DNA from: Octopus sinensis
Lineage: Eukaryota
Reading direction: 5' to 3'
Assembly (NCBI RefSeq): GCF_006345805.1
Contig: NW_021834786.1
Coordinates: forward strand, 1 to 64,000
Length of the DNA: 64,000 nt
The stretch's first letter is position 1, and the number at the start of each line of letters is the position of its first letter. Below the pieces are notes generated by a model. The model saw only the letters and a list, made by a program, of their open reading frames with translations, was not told where the DNA came from and did no database searches. Below, piece by piece: positions 37,200 through 50,599 of this stretch. Position numbers and translations under genes: made by a program.

Positions 37200-40100
37200 G
37201 TAGATTTAATTACTGACGAAACAGAGGTTTTATAAAGCGAGGCTTCACCTCACAACATATTACACAATTTTTAGTTATACGCTTTACATCATCTACAGAG
37301 TAAGATAGATTCTTAACTTTAATATAATGAAACAATCGTATGATTCCAGGATGACACAGCGCTTCATGAATACAATACAGTTCATTATCAGTCGTAGCTG
37401 TGCAATAAGTACGCGATAAAGTATCAGATGCAACATTAAACTTGCCTTGGCGGTAAATGATATCAAATTTATACTGGGCTAATTCGATTCGCCAACGCAT
37501 AATTTTTTCGTTTTTAGGTTTACTGCGCTTTTGACAATCTATATATATAAAACTGTAGTTGTGTGAGTGTCTGTCCCCTTCGATTTAGATTCCTAACTCC
37601 TCCCACATTTTGCGGTGCAGTTTAACCAAATTCGGGTATCTTATAGTCGTGATTAATATCGAGCCCGTCTGGCTATTAGCGCGCGTCTACGATGAGTCTA
37701 CGATTTTAAAAATAATTTAACATCATTTTTTATTCCATTTTAATGCATAATTTTTCGTGTGTCGATGGCGGCGGAGTTGGCGTCCACGCTCAAACACCTG
37801 CCCTGTGTTTGCTTCTCCCCCTTCTTCCCTCCCTCGTGAAGCTGTGGGGAAGGGAGTGTATGGAAATCAACGTCGTAAAGCGTTGTCAAGGAGACCAGCG
37901 TTCTTTTAGAACAACGACTTCATGGCTTGAAGACACCAAAACAGAAATGGCTAAGAAAGCCCGAATTGGCATCTATAAGGGAAGTAACTCTCTAAAAATG
38001 CTTATATAGTTATTTCCCTTACAAACCCGAGCAACGCCGGGCGATACTGCTAGTCTATATATATAAAAGTGAAGTTGTGTGAGTGTCTGTCTCCTACGAT
38101 TTAGATTCCTAACTACTCCCACATTTTGCGGTGCAGTTTAACCAAATTCGGGTATCTTATAGTCGTGATTCATATCGAGCCCGTCTGGGTATTAGCGCGC
38201 GTCTACGATGAGTCTACGATTTTAAAAATAATTTAACATCATTTTTTTCTATTTCTTCCAATTTTTTCGTGTGTCGATGGCGGCGGAGTTGGCGTCCATG
38301 CTCACACCTGCACCTGTGTTGTTTCTCCCCCTTCCACCCTCTCGTAAAGTGTGACTGCGCATGCGCGAACGTGTCGCGCATGCACAGTCACACGTTCGCG
38401 CATGCGCAGTCACACTTTCGCGCATGCGCAGTCACGTTCGCGCATGCGCAAGCAAAATTTCGAACAATCGCAGTCACACTTTCGCGCATGCGCAGTCAAA
38501 CTTTCACGCATGCGCAGTCACACTTTCACGACCGAATGTTTTAGTTGTTGCACAAATCTTTATATATAAAAGTGAAGTTGTGTGTCTGTCTCCTACGATT
38601 TAGATTCCTAACTACTCCCACATTTTGCGGTGCAGTTTAACCAAAACCGGGTATCTTATAGTCGTGATTCATATCGAGCCCTTCTGGGTATTAGCGCGCG
38701 TCTACGATGAGTCTACGATTTTAAAAATAATTTACCATCATTTTTTTCCATTTTAATGCATTTTTTTGCTATTATATAAGGGAAGTAACTCTCTAAAAAT
38801 GTCTACGATGAGTCAACGATTTAAAAAAATTTACTATAATTTTTTTTCCATTTTAATGCATTTTTTTCCTATTTTTTGGCTATAACTCTCTAAAAATGCT
38901 TTTTAGTTATTTCCCTTACAAACCCGAGCAACGCCGGGCGATACTGCCAGTTAAACATAAAGCCACACTGTTTTGATCAGTTATTAGTGTGAAGTTACGT
39001 CCAAGAAGAAAATGAGACCATTTTCTCACAGATTCTACAATCGCTGTCGCCTCTTTTTCAATACAAGAATAACGACACTCATTTGGGTTGTGGGTTCTTG
39101 AAAAACATGCATCTGGCTTTCCGTTTGGGTGTAAAATGCCAGATATAGCTACCTCCGATGCATCTGTTTCTATTGAGAAAGGAAGGCTTTCATCAATCAC
39201 TTTTAAAGTAGCGTTTGCTAAATCATCTCGTAAAGTTTTTAAACTTGACTAGGCTAGTTCACTCAAAGGAAAATATTTAGTATCAACCAACAGTTTTTAT
39301 CATGTCAGAGAATTTGGGAATCCATTTAGAATAATACGCAAATAGACCAACAATTCGACTCAATGCTTTGTGGGTACTAGGAATAGGTAGTTCTAGTAAG
39401 GATTTTACCCGGTCAGGGTCAGGTTTTAAGTTACCATTTTGAATTTCATAGCCAAGCAATCGAATCCGCGTAGTGCTGTAAATGCATTTGGTATCATTAA
39501 AAGTTAAATTACAGTCCTTAGCAACTTGAAGAAAATGTTTTAACTTTCGATCATGTTCTTCCTTCGATTACCACACACAGTTATGTTGTCGATATATGCA
39601 AAAGTAGCTCTACAATTATGGCTTTCGATTATATTATCGATCACTCTACATTTGTAAGTCCGAAAGCAATACGTTTGCGTTGATATAATTTTCCCTGCGC
39701 TTTGAAAGCCGTATAATGTCAATCTTCAACTGGAATCTCAACTTGATGATACGCATTTGAGATCTAGTGTGCTAAAATAATTTACCTGAGCTATTTTTGT
39801 GACCATGTCATGCATATTTGGCAGTGGATATCCATCTAATTGCGTAAACTTATTTATAGTCTCACTATAATCAATACACAGTCTCTTGCGATGATTTTCT
39901 CTCGATATTACCAATACCTGGGCTCGCCAGGGAGAAACACTCGGTTCAATTACCTCTTCTACCAGATCTCGGCTTAAAGTATCAGCAATAATTTTTTCAT
40001 TATTGGCGGACTGTCTTCTCGATTTCGTAACTATGGGTTTACAGTCAGTGTTTAAATTTTCAAACAACCTACGTGTAATGTTACTTTTAATGCTCTTTAA

Positions 40101-41575
40101 AGCTCCCAAATGTAACGGGGGCATATCGCCGTCTATGATATTTGTACATGTTGATGCTGTTTTAAGAAATGTTGTCTTAAAATTATATCTACAAACAAAT
40201 TACTAAGTACCACTAGATTTACTTGCTCGTAAATTCTTCCGTGAAGTTCAATTGAACTCATACAATAACCGTTGCTTTGGGAACGATTTCCATTGACAGC
40301 CATGTTAATTTCATTCCTTTCAGACTTCACCACCAATTTGTTTTTCTTTGCAAAGTCTTTGCTAATATGATTCATAGTAGAGCCGGTATCAATCAAAGCA
40401 AATGCTTTCACGCCATCGACTGTTATTGTATAATTAACTTTAGTAGTAACTCCAACTTGACATAAAGCCACGGCGAAGTTGCCATCATCAAGAGCTGCTG
40501 ATGTCTTATCGAAATTTTTACGGTTACTTGACCGGCATTCTTTAGCAAAATGACAAAAAATCTACATTTGTAACACTTGCTCCGCCTAGCAGGACATTTA
40601 AACCTCGGATGAAATTCATTAGATCCGCAAAAGGTACAGGATTTTTGAGTTCGTTTTGTCGCTGTACAAGGTGTGTTTCCGTCAGGAATTGAGATTTTGT
40701 CTTCTTCACGTGGAATAAACGTTGACAAACAGCTTCCCTGGCTGTTTATAGCAGACTGACTGCTATTATACACTTCGGAATTCCTTTGAGCAACTTCCAG
40801 CGGACGGGCTTGGTTAAATATCGCTTCTAAAGTTATCGCCGCATCTTGAATATTTTCTAAAAGTCTAAGGCGAGTTAAAGATGACGTTAATCCCGAGATA
40901 AATGCGTCACGAACAGCTTCATTTTTGTGAGTCTCAGCGTCTACAGCTCTGTACCCGCAATCTTTAGCTAGTCGTTTCAATTTCTGTAAATAGTCGTCAA
41001 CTGATTGACCTGGTTCTTGTTTGCATGTCATTAAAAGGTATCTCGCAAAAATAATGTTCAATGGTTTCACGTACATTCTCTCCAGAGTTTCAATTGCTTC
41101 TGAGTAATTCTCACATTCACATATGAGTTCGTAAGTGTCTTTATCTATGTGCGCTATTAAACACTTAAGTTTGCTTTCATCCGTGATAGGCGGTTCAGCA
41201 GGGCATGATACTAAAAATGTTTTTTAAGTTGTGAACCAATATTTCCATTCTTTCGAAGCTTGACTCGAACTTGGATTAGCGGTGAACAAATTTGGTTTTA
41301 TAAATTTGCTGTACATTTTCTCTCGCTCTCTCTCTCTAGCTATATATAGTCGCTTAAATTGCTATAAACCCAAACTCGAATATCGAAATACAATAAAAAC
41401 TCGAATAATAATATACAATACAAACAAAGATTGCTAAATTGTAAGCAAAACCAAACTTCAACGCAATAACATTTTTATGCAGCGAGTTGCTACATTCTAG
41501 ACTAAAATCAACGCAGAACACGTCGTGCTGCAAACAGAACAGAACTCCGCGCAGTCGCACTGCAGGCATATAACA
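37200..41575 (-). mobile_element. Decayed Ty3/Gypsy retrotransposon interrupted by Helitrons
   Basis: Putative LTR ~41345-41575. Gag (WKYWF..ARYLLMTCKQ..QSVDDYL), protease ALIDTGST, RT SPWRAQV..RLCIDYS..FSTLDL and YIDN, RNase H TDASEVA..YSCIEKEA. Resumes at 37537 with RWRIEL..NVASDTLSR and the integrase zinc finger, then is truncated. Confidence 0.9.
37538..38950 (+). mobile_element. Tandem array of three non-autonomous Helitrons
   Basis: Units start TCTATATATATAAAA (37538, 38054) or TCTTTATATATAAAA (38557). 3' hairpin CCCGAGCAACGCCGGG plus CTAG (38053) or CCAG (38950). Inserted between A and T without TSD; removal restores the Gypsy frame (FMFN|CQKRSKPKNEK). Confidence 0.9.
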
Positions 41576-41754
41576 GCAATCGAGACAATCAAAATCACGT
41601 GATCAAAACTAAAATCACAAGTATTGACTTGCTCTTAAATAAAATTCAATTTATACTGACAACATTAAACACGATTAACTATAGGCTGTTTCTAAATTCC
41701 AGATCTTGTGCTTCTATTATTATTATTATTATTGATGTTGTTGTTGTTATTTAT

Positions 41755-41985
41755 AGCAGCGAGCTGGCAGAAACATTAGCACGCCGGGCGAAATGCTCAG
41801 CAGTATTTCGTCTGTCGCTACATTCTGAGTTCAAATTCCGCCGGGGTCGACTTTGCCTTTCATCCTTTCAGGGTCGATTAAATAAGTACCAGTTACGCAG
41901 TGTGGTCGATATAATCGACTTAATCCGTTTGTCTGTCCTTGTTTGTCCCCTCTGTGTTTAGCCCCTTGTGGGTAGTAAAGAAATA
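41755..41985 (+). mobile_element. Third tail-B SINE copy
   Basis: Full head, body and tail ..GTTTAGCCCCTTGTGGGTAGTAAAGAAATAGG, followed shortly by a decayed SINE head fragment. Confidence 0.85.
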
Positions 41986-42964
41986 GGATATATAAAAAAA
42001 AAATGGTTAGCAGCATTTCTCCTGGCTTTTTTACCTTCTGAGTACAAATTCTTCCAAGTTCGGCTTTGCCTACATTTTTTCAGGGGCGATAATATTAGAT
42101 ATTAATCAAGTACTGGAACTAACCCCTATCTTGAAAATTGCCGACCTTGCGTCATCGTTTGAAACCATTATTAATAATGTGGTGATCAGGTAGAATTGTT
42201 GGAGCGTCGGAGAAAAAAAAAAGGATTTGTGGTATTGGTTCTGACTCTTTACGTTCTGAGTTCAAATCCCATCGAGGTTAATTTTGACTTTCATGCTTTC
42301 GATGTCGATAAAATAAAGAAACAATCAAATACTGGGGTTGATCTAAATGATTGACTCAATTCCCCTAAATTTCAGACTTAGTTTGATGACGGTGGTTGGT
42401 AGAATTAGTAAAGTGTTGGACGCAAAAATTCTTCACGAGTTTTTAAGTAAATTCTTTAACATTGAGTTTGCATCATATTCAGGTAGATTAAACATGTCTA
42501 ATAATGGAGATTAGTTTATTCGACTGTTCCTTTCCTTAAATTTGTGAACTTGTGGCTAAGTTATAAATTGTGATTATTAACCAAAACAAATGAGCGTTTC
42601 GTTTATCCTATCTATCCTAGAGTGTTTCACACCTCTATGGTCTATGATCAAATCCTACAACAGTTAAATTTCCCTTTCGTCACTCTACGGTTAATAAAGT
42701 TGAGTGCCAGTTATGTACTTAAGGGCCTTGTTTCAGCGGGCTACCAGGAGACAAGTCTTCTCCACTTTACAGGAACAGGGGACAAACCATCTTTTGTCTT
42801 CCCTACTTTTTCTCAATTAAAAACAAAGAAAATCCCACTAACAAGTCATACATGTATAATACACATTTTTACATGTTTATAAATGTATGTATATTTATAT
42901 TAATATATATAGACCCTAAGTTGCAATCGCTATTGAATTTTGTTCGTTCGATAGTTACACCCAT

Positions 42965-43760
42965 TTGCTAAAAATTAAAAACAGAACAACTCATCAATAA
43001 TTGGTGTAAGAATTGTATAACATTTATATGTATTTGTCGGGATCCGGACAAAACCCCCTCAGACAAAAACCCTTCGGACAAAACCCCCTTAAAGTGCGAA
43101 AGCAAACAAAACCTCCTCAGTTATCTTTTTTGGTTATGTTTCGTTTTTTTTATGTTCTCTAAAAAAAATTTTTGCCTGCTTCAGTCATTGGACTGTGGCC
43201 ATGCTGTGGCATCGCCTTGAGGAATTTTTAGCCGAATATATCGCCCCCACCACACCCAATTTCTTTGTTTTACTTGTCTGTCATCACACTGCGGAATTTT
43301 TAGTCGACTGTTTTGGATATTTTTAATTTTCTTACTTGTTTCAGCCATTAGACTGCGGCCATGCTGGGGCACCACCTTAAAGAATATTTGCTAAAAATTA
43401 AAAAAAGATCAACTCATGAATAATTTGCTTGAGAATTGTATAACATTTATATTTATTTGTCAGGATCCAGACAAAAGCCCTGTAGGACAAAACCTCACTA
43501 GGACAAAGCCCCTTAGTTAAAGTGCAAAAGCAGACAAAACCCCCAGTTATATTTTTGGTTATTTTTCGTTTTTTTTTTATATTCTAAAAATGCTTTTAGT
43601 TGTTTCAGTCATTGGGCTACTGCCATGCTGGGGCACAGCTTTGAGGAATTTTTAGTCGACTGTATCGATCCCAGAATTTTTTTATTTTCATACTTGTTTC
43701 AGTCATTAGACTGTGGCTATGCTGGGGTACTGTCCCGAAGAATTTTTAGTCGCTGAAAAA
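42965..43760. repeat. ~420-bp diverged tandem duplication (MULE-like end plus SINE tails)
   Basis: TTTGCTAAAAATTAAAAA..GGATCC(G/A)GACAAAA.CCC blocks at ~42965 and ~43386. Confidence 0.75.
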
Positions 43761-43960
43761 TCAGTATTTTAAAATTTAAAATTGCAGTCTTTTGTTTTCT
43801 TCTCTCTGCCATTAGAGATTAATGAGAGTGAGCTGACCTTCTGAATGGCCGTTGAATGTCTAACAGAATTATGGCGCCGAAAGCTAGTTATTCAAACGTC
43901 ATTCTTATCGTTTCTATGTTTCTACACATTTTTTGAAGTAAATTCTTTCCCATTTGTTAG

Positions 43961-44004
<44 letters not shown>

Positions 44005-44014
44005 GTGTGTGTAT

Positions 44015-44072
<58 letters not shown>

Positions 44073-44329
44073 AAGATAAATTGATAGATACAACTGAGTG
44101 GGCAAACAAAAATATGAGACACAGCGTAGTGCTTTTTTATGTTGATAAGCCTGGTACTTATTCTATTAGTTTCTTCTTGTGAAATCAGTAAGTTATGGGG
44201 ATGTAAATAAACGAACAGCAGCTGTGAAGCAGTGATGAGGGTGAAACACAGAAAGTCACAAACATACACTTAAATATATACATACATATATATACGATTG
44301 ATTTCTTTAAGTTTCTGTCTACGAAATCC

Positions 44330-44360
<31 letters not shown>

Positions 44361-45418
44361 AAGATAAATTGTGTGGGCAAACAAAAATATGAGATACTGC
44401 CTAGTGGTTGTTTTTCATTTTTATAAGCTTGGTACTTATTCTATAAGTAAGTTATGGGGATGTAAATAAACGAACACCAGTTGTGAGGCGGTGATGAGGG
44501 AGAAACACAAAGACACACACACAGACTTACATATATACATACATATATATACGATTGATTTCTTTCAGTTTCTTTCTACAAAATCCACTGAGAAGGCTTT
44601 GGTTGGTATGAGGCTATAGCAGAAGACACATGCCAAGTCACCACACAGTGGGACTGAACCCAGGACCATGTGTTTTGGAACGAAATTTGTTACCACACAT
44701 CCACATCTGCACCTATGTATGTGTGTGTGTATGTGTGTATATATGTATGCATGTATATTTGTGAATATATATGTGTACATGTTACATGTACATCTATATA
44801 TATATACATCTACACATATACATGTATACATATACATCTATATGTATAGAAATAAATGTATACATATACAGCTATACACACATACACACACACACACATA
44901 CATAGGTGCAGGTGTGGCTGTGTGGTAACAAACGTCGTTCCAAAACATATGGTCCTGGGCTTAAATTTAAATTTAAAATAATAAGGGTGAGAAATTGAAT
45001 ATTAATTTGATTAACATGAATTGAAAACCAGTGGTGTAGCATATAAGACCATAGCGGATCTTCTTCTAGCAACATGGATGTCCACTGTTAATGGTTCATC
45101 CCTCTTATATAATAGTTTGACTTCAATAGTTTCAGTATTAAAGTGAAAGTATCTGACATTACAATAGAGAGATGTTTTTCTTTCACTTTTAACACGTAAT
45201 ACTGGAATAGTGGAGAAGATATGATATTGCTGTGGGCTCGCCCTAGGCAAGAAGTTAAAAATGTTTTTACCCATGACACTACATGGACCCTAAGTAAGGC
45301 ATGTGTAAAATTTGAATGAAATTGGTTGTATAGTTCTCAAGTTTTAGGGATTCATACAGACAGACAGACAGACACACATTCTCAGTTTTATATATATATA
45401 GAGAGATATATGTATATA

Positions 45419-45534
<116 letters not shown>

Positions 45535-45901
45535 AATTTATAAGTAAGGGCAAAAGAATAAATTTCTAATGCCAAAATATGCCGAAAATTGACACAACGT
45601 CAATAACCATGTAATTTATCACTACAAGCACGCGTCTCGAAGAAAGACGACAGAAATTTCTAAAAAATCCCGTTATTACTATATCGGACCGATTTCAGAG
45701 TTATTTCATAAGAACCTTCCCTTCATCAGTGATAAATGCGGCAAAGAAATAAGTGAAATACTTACTTATACCCATGGAAGAAGTGAACACAATCATGAGC
45801 ACAATTAAGTACCCCAAATATATCCAAAATAGAAACTCTCTAGCCCATCTCGAGACACGTGCGATTCGAACTGAAAATCAAAATTGCCTGACGTCATACT
45901 C

Positions 45902-47152
45902 TACGAGGTGGGCAAAAAGAGTTCATTGGCTGATTATAAAGGCGTGATGCTAGCGTTGTGAAATCTTGCATGCATTGATTTAAATTCTTCTTAATAACTG
46001 CATTATTTTCCCCCAGATAAACTGGCACCTCACAGCACAAGACATTTGACTGCTTCAAAAGTAACTAGTTGCAACCTCTTTTGAAAATGGACACAATTTG
46101 GCATTGTGGTGTTATCAAATACCTGCAGAAAAAGGATTTTGTCCCTAACAGCATCCATGCTGACATAGTTGCTATATTAGGGGATGATACTCCAGCTGTA
46201 TCAACTGTGTAAAAGTGAGCAGCCGAATTTAAGAGGAGAAGAGACATTCTTGAAGATGAACCAAGGTCTGGATGTCTAGCAATTGCCTCCACTGAGGAAA
46301 ACATTGATAGTGCTCCCCACACGGTGATGGATGACAGGTAATTGACTATGAATCAAATAATCAATGCTATTAACATATGCTGTGAGAGAGTTGAGAATAT
46401 TCTGCAAAACTTGGTATGACTTGATAGGACGAAGTGTCTTCTGACACATGATCAAAAGTGCACCAGGCTGATCACATCACGGGAAAATTTGACATTGTTT
46501 GAGCCAGATCCAGCTGGTTTTCTTAAACGTTTCCTAACCCAGGATGAGTGTTGGCTTTATTACCTTGAACCAGAGACAGAGACATAATCTGTGCAGTGAA
46601 AACATCAATCCTCACCTGCACCAAAGAAGGCCAAGGGTGTTTCATCTGCAGGGAAGATGATGGCATCAGATTTTGAGGATGCAAAAGACATTGTGTTTAT
46701 TAACTGTCTTCTAAAGAGCCACACCATCAAAGAAAAGTACTATGCCAACTTGCTGAAGCAGTTACGAAAAGCTATCAAGACCTAATAGCCAGAAAAACTG
46801 AAGAAAGAGGTCTGGCTTCCCCAAGTCAATACTCTAGCACACAAGTACATGGTTTCAATGGATGCTGTACGCGACTGTGGCTTTGACCTGGTTGATTGGC
46901 TTCCTTATTCTTCTGATTTGGCCTTATCTGACTTATCATCTGTTCCCTAATATGAAAAAAATAAACCGGTTGGAAACCAATACTGCAGTAATGATGACGT
47001 CATACCTGTTGCTGCTCACTTTTTTGACTAACAGATGAAAGGTTTTTCCCCAATGGCATCCAAGCACTGCAACACTGATAGAAAAAATCTCATTTGGTCA
47101 CATTCTATGGGAGCATCTTGGTCAGCCTATGAACTTTTCAGCTGACCCTCAT
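45902..47152 (+). mobile_element. Full-length decayed mariner
   Basis: Degenerate TIRs TACGAGGTGGGCAAAAAGAGTTCATTGGCTGA and TCAGCCTATGAACTTTTCAGCTGACCCTCATA. Transposase motifs VIKYL, LEDEPRSG, TQDECW, PYSSDLALSD. Confidence 0.85.
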
Positions 47153-48642
47153 ATTATCTTGAGAAAAAAAGATGTAAATATATATTGGATATCCTTACAT
47201 CTTTTATTCAGACAGAAAAGCCATGTCTTAATAAACGCTGTGATGGCTACAGTTAGAACAGTTTTGATCTACTGCGTCAAAGAATTAACCGGGGTTAAAC
47301 AACAGCAAAAACAATTACAACGTCAAGAAAGGCTGTTTTGGATAATGTAGTTCTTGACTCACTGTCTGGAAAAAAGGTGTGTTGGAAATGGTTGAAAGAT
47401 TTTCGGTCATTGATCTGTTGAAGCTGAGCTGAACTGGGATTAAATAAGAACAATAGCCAGTGAAGAAGTGAGTTATTCACGCTCTATCACCAGCACTGAG
47501 TTGTTGCTGCCGTTATTAAGCTCCAAGTCAATCCTGATTCAGCAGACCTATGATGAAAATTGTTTCAGTTGCAATAATCTATGATCACATGACCTTCTAC
47601 AAATTACTCCAAAATTCTCTGAAACCACAACGATAGCCGTATTCCCCCGCCTAGCGGAAGCTCCAGCGATTCCGTCCGCTTGCCGGCGAGCTGCATGTCG
47701 GTCGACAATTCCAGCGCAGGTATGAGTGTTTGTGTGTTATACGTTTGTCGCCAGCTACCGGGCGTTCGGCGTTGTGATCGTGGCCGTCTTAGTGGTCGTC
47801 TTCATGTCCGTCTTCGAGACGTATTCGTGGCCATGCTTATGGCCGTGCTCGTGCTCGTGTTCGTGGTGGTGCCCGAGCTTGGTTCTCAGCTCGCATTCGT
47901 GTTCGTAGTCGAGGTCGTACCCGCTGTACGGCCAACCCGTTGTCAGCTACAAAGGAACAACTACGCTCATGTTGGTCGTTGCACTTTGAAGTATTCTGTG
48001 ACAACTATGGAGGAGGAGAGAGCGTACAACAGTTGGCTGAATCGATCGCCATATTCCGTTGCCGAGCCGAAGCTTCACCGATTCCGTCCGACTTTAAAAA
48101 GGCGCATGCACATTAGAGATTGCTGTTCTGAATGTAGCTCCATCATTGCTTAGATCAACACTGTTGGGTTTCTTGGACAATATATTTTATTCTCACCAAA
48201 TATCATATCAGACAATAATTTTCAACGTTCATTCACAGAAGCAGTTGGTCAGTGTTGTGAAATCACTTAACACTGATAAAAAATCTATTTTCACCATAGA
48301 CCGCGGCTTTATTAAGTCTAATATTTGCAACTGATACTTATGAACCGACCGGATACTTGTGAACTTGTGAACTTGTGAAACTGTTCAAACACAATGAGAC
48401 TTTGTAGATTGATAATTGTGATTTTGAAGAGGTCAGGAGTATGTTTATTTTTCAGGAAGTTGAGAATAGTTATGAAGAATAGGAGCAACTTTATGCTGTT
48501 TAGAATCAGTAGCAGCACTATTAGTTTTGACAAGTGTTTCTTTCCACAACTTATAGTAATGAGTTCAACTCCTGCTTTGGAGGAATTGATGCGAAAATGA
48601 AAAGTAAAAACAAAAAAGTAAAAGAAAACAATATTAAATTTT

Positions 48643-49079
48643 GGGTGCTACTTTGTTATGCGATCTACGTAACCAACGTGTTCTACAAGAGTCAATTTCT
48701 ACTTTAGTATGCGATCTACATGTTTCATTTGTTTATTATGGCTTAAATAAAACATTCTCACATTTTTATACATTTATTTTTAAAAATTTAAATGAAGTAG
48801 ATGTAGATTTGAAATAAGTTTACTAATTTTATAGCAGAATCGAACGAACATCAGCTAGAAAAGTAAAAAAAAGACAGATAATTAAAATTTTTATACATCC
48901 TATACATTTATTTTGACACTTATGCTTCATACTCTCTAACCAGACATTTTATCGAAACCGATACAGGTGATTTCTTTGTTCTCAATCAGCATAACTTTAC
49001 TTGTAGATCACGATATAAAGTGTAGGTCGCATACCAAAGCAGTTTCATGATACGTAGATCGTATACCAAAGTAGCACCA
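48643..49079. mobile_element. Small MITE
   Basis: GGTGCTACTTTGTTATGCGATCTAC inverted as GTAGATCGTATACCAAAGTAGCACC, with internal repeats of the motif. Confidence 0.65.
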
Positions 49080-50074
49080 AGTTTTGTTCCACAATTAGAA
49101 ACATTTCCTTGGGTGTAAATTCTTTAAAACTATTGAAATTTGTTTTGTTAAACAATAAAACTATGACATTTAATTTACCGAACAAATATAAAACAGTGTT
49201 ATTTATGTCCTTCTCTTGGACATTAACGATGTTGGAGAAGTAAAGTGAAATAAGTGCAATTAGGAATTGAACCTAAATCTCAGGAGCGCGCTGATAGGAA
49301 CCGAAAACATTTCATACAGTGCTGATGACCATATTTAAAAGAAAGGAAATATTGATTTCATACGAAACACAAATTGTAGTGATTAAACTTGAAGGGAAAC
49401 TTATTTGGGTGTGCCTGTTGACCTCAGTATATAACTAGTATAACTATTGTATAGACACCCTGGATGGATAGAAAAGCTGTGCCAATTACAAGTGAGCTTT
49501 GAACGCAGAACCTAAAGAGACATAACTAAATATTGAGTATTGTCTGACAACTCCACCGTTCAAGGCACTGCGACTAAAATCTAGAATGATCTTTTGATTT
49601 TGGATTTGTAGCTTTCCACCTGTGATTAATGGCGAAAGTATTTTATTTTTGATTTGAGAGAATGATCGTCAATTTACTAAAAAAAATTAGATTATGTAAC
49701 TTCTAAGCCTTTCTCAAAGTCATTTATTGGTATAAGCGAAATATATCAACTAAGAGTGGAAACCGTGTCACGAACTCGGTTTACCGTCGCTTAATCTGTT
49801 GCTCAGTTGCAGTTGTTATTGGGATTAAGAATAGAGTGGTGTATGTTTAAATGACAGACAGATTGACTGTATTTAGTTGTTGTAACGGAGTGGAGAGGAA
49901 TTTGTCTTTCATTCTATGGATATAAGTAAAATCAGTTCTAGTCAAGCACTAGGGTTTAAGTTAAACGACTGTATTCTTCCTACAAAATACGTGGACTTGT
50001 CCCTACAATAATGCACCATTACACCTCTATAACTGATCAGATTTAACGAACCAAATGGATATTTTTTCCTTCAG

Positions 50075-50170
50075 GCTAAACTTCGTGGAATAAACAATAC
50101 TTTAATGAGCTTGCTGTTTGGTGTTTATCCATTCATGAATGTATTGGCTCCACAAATGGTCAAAAGAATG
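50075..50170 (+). CDS. SLC18B1-like gene 2 exon (96 nt)
   Basis: ttttccttcag|...|gtaagc. AKLRGINNTLMSLLFGVYPFMNVLAPQMVKRM resembles AEKKGASNTIIGMIFGCFALFELLASLVFGNY; phase 0/0. Confidence 0.8.
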
Positions 50171-50599
50171 GTAAGCCAACTGAATTTTCCTTTATACATA
50201 CATACATACACACACACGCACACACAACACATCTTTGGATCTTACAATTACGTATTACTATAGATATATAATTTTTTTTTCTGATGAAGTCCGGTTTATG
50301 GGGTTACTCTGTGTTTCCCGTCCATAAATGGTTTAAACTTATGGCGTTTTGTCAGAACCCAAAACCTGAAGAGAAGTTTCAGTAGAAAGGCAGATGTAAA
50401 CAAGGTGGAGGTTGTATCCCTTTGCTAATGGCTATCGACTTCCGCCCGTACCGACATCATTCAGCTATAGGGTAAACAATAAGGGATTATCTCTCTCTCT
50501 CCCGTTAACTACCAACTTCCGGCTGTGCCGCAACCTTGCGGTTCCCAAAATGCCAGCAGAAATGTCCTAAAATGCAAACATGGCCCGAAAATCTCAGTT

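Noticed and set aside
39540-39722. RT motif YIDN instead of YxDD
   Set aside because: The element is full of stops and frameshifts, so nothing can be concluded from one copy; I also recall YxDN in related Gypsy families.
45022-45135. Candidate upstream exon of gene 2 (LLLATWMSTVNGSSLLYNSL)
   Set aside because: Only vague similarity, no FFP motif, poor acceptor and donor.
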